Origin: Octopus sinensis
Taxonomy: Eukaryota
Length of the DNA stretch: 16,735 bases
Direction of reading: 5' to 3'
Assembly (NCBI RefSeq): GCF_006345805.1
Contig: NW_021825100.1
Span: forward strand, 1 to 16,735
The notes beneath the pieces are model-generated. The model had not been told where the DNA came from. It ran no database searches and was given only the letters and a program-made list of their open reading frames with translations. Shown here piece by piece: positions 10,123 through 16,735 of this stretch. The position numbers and the translations under genes were made by a program. The stretch's first letter is position 1. Every line of letters begins with the position of its first letter.

Positions 10123-11050
10123 ATGCATCAAGATGCTTCTAAACTTATTAAAAGTCTACCTCTTAGCAATGATTCGATTCGTCGAAGAATTGATGAAATG
10201 GGTGACAATGTAAAGGAAATCCTTATTGAAAGACTGAAGCGAAGTAAGTTTTCATTACAAATTGATGAAAGCGTCATTGTAGATAGTAAAGCTGTTTTAA
10301 TGGGATTTGTGAGGTTATTTTCGAAGTTTTAATAAAATTTAGGTATTTCGATAATGAATGTGTATTAAATGAGGATTTATTGTTTGTCGAATTATTGGAA
10401 ACCTGTACAACTGGAATGTCAATATATTCCGTAGTAAAAGGGTTTTTTGAAACAAATGGAATATTATTTGAAAATTTGGTTTCCTGTGCGACTGATGGTG
10501 CTATGTCAATGGTTGGAAGATATAAGGGATTTGTTTCTTTTATTATTTATTTATTTATTAAACACCAAGACCACAGTTAAGACCGAACTAATTAGCATGT
10601 GATCCCGACGCACTTTGACGGAGATCCTCCGGAAAGGTTCAATCCTATGCAAAGTGCATCGTCCTGCGACGACGATGTCCCAGGGGGTAGGACAATTTAA
10701 TAAATAAATAAATAAAATTAAAAAAATTATCCATGGGTCATTACGGTTCATTGTATTTTACATTGCCATCAACTGGTATCGAAGATTATATGTCCTGGTT
10801 TACATCAATCTTTAAATATTGTAATTAAAACAATTAACAGAATAAAAACACGAAACAAATGTGATCGTCTTTTTCGAAAGTTTTGTAAGGATGCTGGTGA
10901 AGATTTTATTCGACTTTTATTACACACGGAAGTAAGATGGCTTTCAAAAGGAAATGCTTTAGAAAGATTTGTTAATCTTTGCGATGCAATAGTCGCATTT
11001 TTGCAGACAGAAGAAGACTTGGTTTTGGCAGAAGAGATAATTTCACGAAA
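10123..11050 (+). pseudogene. Buster-type hAT transposase relic
   Basis: LPLSNDSIRRRIDEM…FSLQIDES; CATDGAMSMVGRYKGFV; TVHCILHCHQL (CxxH); LLLHTEVRWLSKGNALERF. Frameshifted, interrupted at about 10545-10716 and lacking both termini. Confidence 0.92.
10543..10715. mobile_element. About 175-bp insertion bounded by a perfect 20-bp inverted (TTTA)n repeat
   Basis: TTATTTATTTATTTATTAAA at 10543-10562 and its reverse complement at 10696-10715. The GC-rich core interrupts the transposase between KGFVSF and (I)KK..PWVITVHC. Confidence 0.75.
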
Positions 11051-11279
11051 AAAATGATATATACAAAAAACAACCAATTAAGGGACAATGCCCAAAAATT
11101 TTTAAATTGTATGTGGACAAGGGGGCGATAAAATTTCAAAGGGGGGCGATAAAATATCTAAGGGGGCGATGAACAAAAAAAGGTTGAGAATGCCTGAAAT
11201 AGATGAAGATTGAGCTTCAAACATGAAATAAACGTTATATGTGAGATGAAATAATATATTTTTAGTTTTCAATTAATCA

Positions 11280-12700
11280 AATGGAATTATTTGAAATTCA
11301 ATGGGACATTAACCTAAATCAAAATATTTTTTGGATAGGATATTTTGAATTTCTAAAAAATTTTGAGTTTCGTTCGAGAAACAGTTACCACTTAGAAAGT
11401 CCAGGAGACTGTCTAATCTGGGAACTGATCACATCAGAATTTTACAGAACAAGCACATATCGATTTTTCACAACTAAAAAATGGGAGCTAGTGAGATATG
11501 AAATGTTTGGCTGACTCCCTCTCTCACTCGCACTATAACGAGTACTCAGTGGAGTATACTCTGTAGAGGTAGCATGAGCCTAAATTCGACAATAGAAATA
11601 TAAATGATGTTATTGAGAGTATACTTTGACAGTTTTACTTTTATAATATTTAAACTGCGACGATTAAGAAAATAAAATTTCTGTTCATCTTTACTTGATC
11701 TCAGAAATATCTGACCAAAAGAAAAGTGAGCAAGTCTACGAAGAACATTTTGATATTTCAATTAGGTTATTTGACTCTCAATCAGAGTATCAGAAAGCTT
11801 GGAATCGTAAATAGCACTGCTGCAAGATGTAAACGAGATGTTGATATCTAGCTCAGGCCGGCCACACTTTTTTTATGGAAAGATCAAGACAGAAAGAGAA
11901 CATGTTACCAAGGAACTAACTAATCTAAACGAAGTCATATGTTTCTTCTGCTCCATCTTCCCTCTTCTCATTTTTGTTGTGTGGACGATGAAGAAAGCTT
12001 GGAATGATTCATTCATTTTGAAATTTATCACAGAAATTCATTTAGATTTCATCCTGTCTAAAGACTGGTATAAAACAGGTTTGTTATAACTCATAATCCC
12101 CGCAACATGTTTTATCAAGTCACTCCAAGAGGTATTTGGGAATGGAACACTCGCAAGAACTTTATATCTCGTCAAAAAGATATGGATTAGACTGGGAATC
12201 CACATTTTGGCGCTTTTCACGACGCCACGTTGTCTGAAAGCAATTTTCCTAATAACTTTGATAGCCTTACATTTGTTGGTGTGGTGTATCTGAATCGTAT
12301 GTGCTTTTTCCTATGGAAAGGACAAGGAATCATGTTGGGCTTTGAGTACTACTGGAGTATTTAAGTCACATTATTACATTATGACTAATCGGTCTGTTCA
12401 GTTTCAGAACAGTAGTTGATAGACTGTTCGTGGAGTAAAAGTAACAGCGGGTGTTTTGATGAACTCGATGTCAACTCGTATTCTTTCGTAAAGTTGTTCT
12501 GCTGGTTTCTACTTTACTTTGGACAAATTCTAAGTCGTCCCAGAACGAGTCCCTTGACTACTTCTTTCCATATAGAAACTCTGGGGTTAGATAAATCTCT
12601 ACAGGCTTATATGCAGTAAACTGTTTTTAAGAGGACCCTGGAGAGTGTCGTTTGATCGCCAATCCAGTCCTCCCCCCTGGCTTATAGTAGGTATGGTGCA
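11280..12700. other. Unidentified, possibly coding-derived region
   Basis: A minus frame from about 12330 to 11320 has only about 8 stops, and its codon-aligned plus frame is also stop-poor with hydrophobic stretches. No family motif recognised. Confidence 0.2.
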
Positions 12701-12769
12701 TTTGTGATTAGTTTCTTTCTATTAATAAAGTTATTTTTGAGGAGAATTATTAAATTTAGTCAAAATGTG

Positions 12770-12801
12770 CAAGCTTTCCATGACTTTTTGGCCCCACTGT
12801 A
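12770..12801. mobile_element. Solo Tc1-type terminus
   Basis: …GACTTTTTGGCCCCACTG|TA reads TA|CAGTGGGGCCAAAAAGTC on the minus strand, a typical Tc1 TIR start. No partner end was found in the window. Confidence 0.55.
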
Positions 12802-12978
12802 TGGCGAATGATTGCAATAGTCATACTCCGAGGGGCTTCATTTTCGATCCAAGCAGCAAACTTCTTCAATTAAATTAAAAAAAATAATTAATTGAATCAG
12901 CATAACAATCCTTCTATGCTGTTCCATTAAAGATGAAAAGCTAAAACCTTTGGTTATTACTAATCTTATGTTGTTCCA

Positions 12979-13011
12979 TTATACTTTCTAATAACTTATT
13001 AGAAAGTATAA
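12979..13011. repeat. Perfect 33-nt palindrome (16-bp arms, 1-nt spacer)
   Basis: TTATACTTTCTAATAA-C-TTATTAGAAAGTATAA. Confidence 0.95.
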
Positions 13012-13121
13012 ATCACCCAGATGCCTTAAAAATATTAGAACTGATGATCATGAAGTAATGTTTTTAAATTATACATGTAGGTTATATACGATGCGTATAA
13101 AAATGCATGGATGACTAGTAA

Positions 13122-13975
13122 TATGTCGCGAGCGCAGCGCGCGACCGAGCGCTAGACGCGACTTTGACACCTAACAAGCCTATCATCAACAAATATATTT
13201 ATTAATTATTTAAAATTTTAACATGATTTAAAATTAAAATTGAAATAACTTAAGTTTTCCATTGAATCCCATAAAAATTTATAAGTAGACCTTAATAGAA
13301 AAAGTAAAATCAATGAATACTGAACGCTAATTTGGTTTAGGTTGTGAGGGGGGTAATAATTTGACAGATCTCATTGCTATTTTTTCGTTTTAATCTCTAA
13401 AATTAGGTCTTCTAATCAAAAATGAACTGTGCAGACAGGCTTGCTCCTTCAGAAGATTCTTGTTTTGACATTTTTATAAATTATGAAGCATTTAGATTTT
13501 TTCTCATTATTCTAAAATATCAATTATAAATTTTAAAATATTATTTTTATTTATGAAATCGGTTTTAAAGCTCATTCTGCTTTGGCATCGATTTTAATTT
13601 TTGTTATCGAATATATTTAATCCCAAATACAAGCCTGGGTCGAGGCTAAAACGCCCACGGTGGGGGAAATCGTTGAAAAAGGCATCAAAAACTACAAACT
13701 TTGGTCAACAGTCACTGGGACTTACCTGCAAAGGTAATTCTATACTGAGACGTTGGGGTCCCTCTTTTCTTTTTGTTTCGCGGAAGAAGTCGGTAAGCAA
13801 GCCTTACCGTTTCATTAATTATTACCCCACATACTATTCGTTGTTACCTAAATAAAGTTGTTACCTTACCTTACCTTACCTGGGTATTTGTCAATTTATA
13901 GATTTTTTGATTGATCGGATCTAGAAATTGAGTGGTCGCTCGCTGCGCTCGGTCGCTCGCTGCGCTCGCGACATA
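13122..13975. mobile_element. 854-bp non-coding element with 31-bp GC-rich hairpin-forming TIRs
   Basis: TATGTCGCGAGCGCAGCG(C/A)GCGACCGAGCGC at 13122-13152 and inverted at 13945-13975 (30/31). The right end carries a tandem 17-mer GGTCGCTCGCTGCGCTC x2 (13934-13967). Superfamily not assigned. Confidence 0.8.
13600..13880 (+). mobile_element. Probable retroposon 3' end or SINE-like insert with AATAAA and (TTACC)4 tail
   Basis: GC-richer block with hairpins TTACCT-GCAA-AGGTAA (13722-13737) and CGGTAAG/CTTACCG (13791-13809), ending AATAAAGTTG(TTACC)4 at 13861-13880. Confidence 0.45.
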
Positions 13976-14079
13976 ATATTTGCAACAATTGATTACAAAA
14001 AGTAATGATGAAATGTTTTCACAAAATTTAATTCTTCTTAATGCTACGTGTCATAGATTTGATTGCAAGGAATCATTTC

Positions 14080-14245
14080 GTCCATTCTCAGGACATGTCC
14101 AAAAAGTCTCCAGCGAGCCTCGGAGTGAAAATGAGGAGAGACTATTCGGATAAATTTACCACCGGTATTGGAACTCCGCAAGGGGACTCTTTTTCGCCAG
14201 TCCTCTTTGTAATCTATTTGGAATTCGCGTTAAGGGATGTAGAAA
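14080..14245 (+). mobile_element. RTE-like reverse transcriptase fragment
   Basis: SDKFTTGIGTPQGDSFSPVLFVIYLEFALRDV (RT motif G.PQGD.LSP.LF). Confidence 0.8.
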
Positions 14246-14248
14246 GGA

Positions 14249-14460
14249 ATTATTATAGGCACTTTCGCGATGCCATGGATCATGACAAAGCTTGTGCAGC
14301 ACAGGAAACAATACGAGCAATTAGTTTATTCCATTTCCCGCGATCTTGGCCGACGTCCTGTAGTGCATCGAGATCGTCCCCGTTCTACAGTTCTTTACCA
14401 GTCCTCTTTAGGTCCCTATCCAGCGTACCCGGGAGAGCATTTCTTGGTTATCTAGCTTTT
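14249..14460 (-). mobile_element. Second RTE-clade LINE 3' end
   Basis: PRNALPGTLDRDLKRTGKEL*NGDDLDALQDVGQDRGKWNKLIARIVSCAAQALS* is homologous to 9240-9412 and ends GTGCCTATAATAAT (cf. GTGCTTTTAATAATAAT at 9431-9447). Confidence 0.85.
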
Positions 14461-14507
14461 CCAATTTTAAAAAATAATAGGTATAATTGATCAAATATAT
14501 TTTAGAA

Positions 14508-15598
14508 ATGGTTTTACTCAACCTTACCAAACATGAACTTGAAGTAATCAAAAATATTCAAATATATGTTTTTTATATGGACCGAATTCAGAAATCTGAA
14601 AAAAGATACAGAAAATTAGCAGAACAGTTAATTTTCGAGGAGAAAGGAATAAAATAAAAAAGCCAGAAGTTACGCTTTTTCCCCAAAAAGAAAAGGAACT
14701 TAAACTAAAAACTATCGAAGTGATCGTTACATAATTGTTATAGATTGAACATATAAGGACACAATCAATCGATCAAAAAGTGGATTAGCTCAACTAGTGC
14801 TTCAAATGGGTCTTTTGGAAACTATAAAGACTTTTATCAAGAAATCGTTTATAAATATAACATGGACTAAGAGGACACCTTTTGGAATTTTTATGCGAGG
14901 AAATAATCTAATCCCGGAGGAAATAAAATCGGCGTTATTATCATTCGAAAGAAATGAAGCGGTCGAATTATGTCAATCAGAGATAATTGATCAGATTATT
15001 TCGAAAACGAGGACGATTCTTTGAATCAAGAAAGTGTATATGAAAGCCATGTTCTCGCTGGAGAAAAAATGAAAGGGAGGCGGAAATGGAAATTTGATGA
15101 GGATTTAGTCGTAGGAGATAATGTTCTACTCAGACAAGATATTGATGCAAATCCGAATAATCGAAAATACCCCTTTTACGATCAGATCGATTCAATTATA
15201 TACGAAATATCCGAAGTTGATAAAGACACGTCCGCACTTAACGATCTGAATGACGATTCATTCAAACATGTAAACGAAAGTCGTTTAAAAAAAATATGAC
15301 TCTCATAAAAAAATTTTAAATAATAAGAATTCACGAATTTTTATTATTTGTTTTTAAATGGTAAACCTAAAAAATTGTATAATTAGAATAAAATACGTTT
15401 TGATTCGGAAAAATTGGTGATGCCGGTCTGCCGACTCTTGGTAAAATTCATTAAAACAAAAATTGATAAAAATTGAATAAATCGACTTAACTCCATTATC
15501 AAGTTATTTTTAATTAATTATCAGGTTATTTTCGTTTGATTTTAATAAAAATTTTAAGGGGGTATTATCCAACCCGGGGCATTATCCAACCTGTGACA
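14508..15598 (+). mobile_element. Ginger-like integrase-type DNA transposon, internally deleted, with right terminus
   Basis: Scraps read IE..YKDTINRS, EIVYKYN, KRTPFGIFMRG, then LVVGDNVLLRQDIDANPNNRKYPF…IYEI…VNESRLKKI*. The right end has two 16-bp GGGG(T/C)ATTATCCAACC repeats (15559-15574, 15576-15591) and ends TGTGACA, giving a TGT-starting TIR as in Ginger. No left end was found. Confidence 0.6.
14720..14743 (+). other. Putative 24-nt intron homologous to 2293-2321
   Basis: GTGATCGTTACATAATTGTTATAG resembles GTCATCTTATGGAATACATTATTTTGTAG and precedes the IE(R)xxxTIxRS-like motif. Confidence 0.5.
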
Positions 15599-15622
15599 CT
15601 TAATAACTATACCATTTTCAAG

Positions 15623-15810
15623 TCAATTTGACAATTTCAAGCTTCAAATGTCATCTGAAAAATCAATTTGTCAATTACAAACTTCAAATGTCATCTGAAA
15701 AATCAATTTGTCAATAACAACCTTCAAATGTTATCTGCATAATTCAATTTGTCAATTACAAACTTCAAGTGTCATCTGCAAAAATCAATTTGTCAATAAC
15801 AACCTTTAAA
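15623..15810 (+). repeat. 40/41-bp minisatellite, about 4.6 copies, with alternating dimer structure
   Basis: Unit TCAATTTGTCAATTACAAACTTCAAATGTCATCTGAAAAA starts at 15623, 15663, 15703, 15744 and 15785. Units 2-5 alternate TTACAAAC and TAACAACC. Confidence 0.95.
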
Positions 15811-15876
15811 TTTGTAATTACGAAAGTCAATTTTCATATAAGAAATTTTTCGTCAAAATACATCGAAAATTTTTTG

Positions 15877-16165
15877 ATGGGTGAAAAAACAAGTTGCAAG
15901 TACAATGATGATACAAAAAAAATAATAATTGAAGCACATGAAAATTTTGGCGATTGGCAGTCTCTATGCTCCTCTCTTGGAGTGAATTTGAGAACAGCTT
16001 ATCATTGGATTGAAAATAAAGATAAAAAAAGACATCCAAGAGGAGGTAAAAGACATTCAAAAAAAACAAATAAATATAAATCAGTTGTTGATCAAGAAGA
16101 AAATGTTGAAATTTTACGATTGGCCCCATATTCGTACTTATTAAACCCGATTGAATTAGCCTTAT
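15877..16165 (+). mobile_element. IS630/Tc1-family transposase relic with the catalytic core deleted
   Basis: HTH region KKIIIEAHENFGDWQSLCSSLGVNLRTAYHW…PRGGKRHSK is joined almost directly to EILRLAPYSYLLNPIE (cf. LP/A-P-YS-x-x-LNPIE). Confidence 0.8.
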
Positions 16166-16735
16166 CCGGGGAAACAGTTTGGCAATCCGCCAGGCTACAT
16201 ATCTATCATAAACATAATACTGACAATAAAAAAAGCCCCGGCTACTGCTAAAATTGGATGTTAAAAATGCGTTCAATTCTCTCAACAGAGAGCATCTACT
16301 TGAGGTTTGTAAAAACAGAATTCCTTCATTGCTGCCATTTGTTTTTCTTTCATATGGATACCCGAGCCTTTTGGCTGCAGGTGATTCCTTTATTTCCTCT
16401 TCTTGTGGTGTACAGCAAGGCGATCCTTTGGGCCCATTATTATTTGCCCTTTCCGTGGATTTTATTGCCCGTAAGAATTTGTCGCCTCTGAATATTTGGT
16501 ATTTGGATGATTGTACTATTGGTGGCCCGCCCGATATTTTGATAAAGGACTTGGAATCTCTAATCCCAGCTTTGTCATCCATTGGTCTCGAAATTAATTC
16601 TCTCAAATCTGAAATCGTCAATGTTAACATCGATCGTGTTAGTTTTCAAAACATTTTTCTCAGTTTCGAGGCCTTTTGCCCGATCTGAGACATACTTCCA
16701 CTGCCGATCTCGAAATCTTGGGTGCTCCGATCTAC
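16166..16735 (+). mobile_element. Reverse transcriptase of a CRE/RLE-type non-LTR retrotransposon (partial, runs off window)
   Basis: GETVWQSAR, frameshift, LLLKLDVKNAFNSLNR…GVQQGDPLGPLLFAL…LNIWYLDDCTIGG…GLEINSLKSE, frameshift near 16670, DLEILGAPIY. Clade inferred from remembered motifs. Confidence 0.9.

Larger units (their letters stand above)
9736..11196 (+). mobile_element. hAT (Buster/Charlie-type) DNA transposon, internally deleted, 1461 bp
   Basis: TIRs CAGGTGTTCTCAACC and CAGGCATTCTCAACC (13/15). Perfect 8-bp TSD AAATAGAT at 9728-9735 and 11197-11204, with the central TA typical of Buster. GGGGGCGA subterminal repeats. Confidence 0.95.

Noticed and set aside
10610-10660. Hammerhead ribozyme, HDV-like ribozyme or tRNA in the structured insert
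   Set aside because: The CUGANGA core is not intact before GAAA, no P1 partner exists for an HDV fold, and there are no convincing D or anticodon arms. Only a B-box-like loop is present.
12998-13010. TAGAAAGTATA resembles part of an FRT site
   Set aside because: The FRT arms are absent and no recombinase gene is nearby. Treated as coincidence.
13720-13728. ACTTACCTG, identical to the U1 snRNA 5' end
   Set aside because: No U1 stem-loops or Sm site follow, and the word is one arm of a local TTACCT-GCAA-AGGTAA hairpin.
13939-13955. CTCGCTGCGCTCGGTCG matches, from memory, a 17-mer beside the ColE1/pUC origin
   Set aside because: The match is short, lies within a TIR that has an inverted partner 800 bp away, and no other vector sequence flanks it. 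Not contamination.
14041-14490. 149-aa ORF as a gene
   Set aside because: It reads through an RT fragment into the antisense strand of an RTE 3' end.
15623-15810. CRISPR array
   Set aside because: Units are contiguous tandem repeats without unique spacers, the context is eukaryotic and there are no cas genes.
15769-16251. 160-aa ORF as a single gene
   Set aside because: It is a chimera of minisatellite sequence, an IS630/Tc1 relic and the frameshifted start of the CRE-type RT.
15827-16630. Longest ORF in the track (267 aa, minus strand)
   Set aside because: It is an antisense shadow of the plus-strand RT and IS630 relics, crosses their junction and has no recognisable motifs.

Overview
AT-rich eukaryotic DNA made of nested transposon debris, with no intact protein-coding gene, rRNA, tRNA or CRISPR array that I can support. 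Mobile elements recognised by motif: two pogo/Tigger relics, a pogo-type MITE with TA TSD, a Tc1 (DD34E-like) relic, an IS630/Tc1 relic, a Buster-type hAT deletion derivative with a perfect 8-bp TSD, two Ginger-like DDE-integrase relics, RTE-clade and CRE/RLE-type LINE fragments, a LINE ORF1 zinc-knuckle fragment, and an 854-bp element with hairpin-forming TIRs. Between about 2.96 and 8.9 kb lie decayed copies of host genes: ABCF3/GCN20-like, a J-domain protein, PSMD6/RPN7 and a MYST acetyltransferase. Three of the four keep introns, and RPN7 and MYST converge with only 40 bp between stop codons, which points to DNA-level duplication or capture from a compact gene-dense locus. Most inferred introns are tiny (21-29 nt), three 3' splice sites share TTCCTCAT, and both Ginger-like relics appear to carry a homologous micro-intron. 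The host is therefore probably a lineage with ultra-short introns; the taxon cannot be determined from this window. All protein assignments come from manual translation and remembered family motifs, not database searches.
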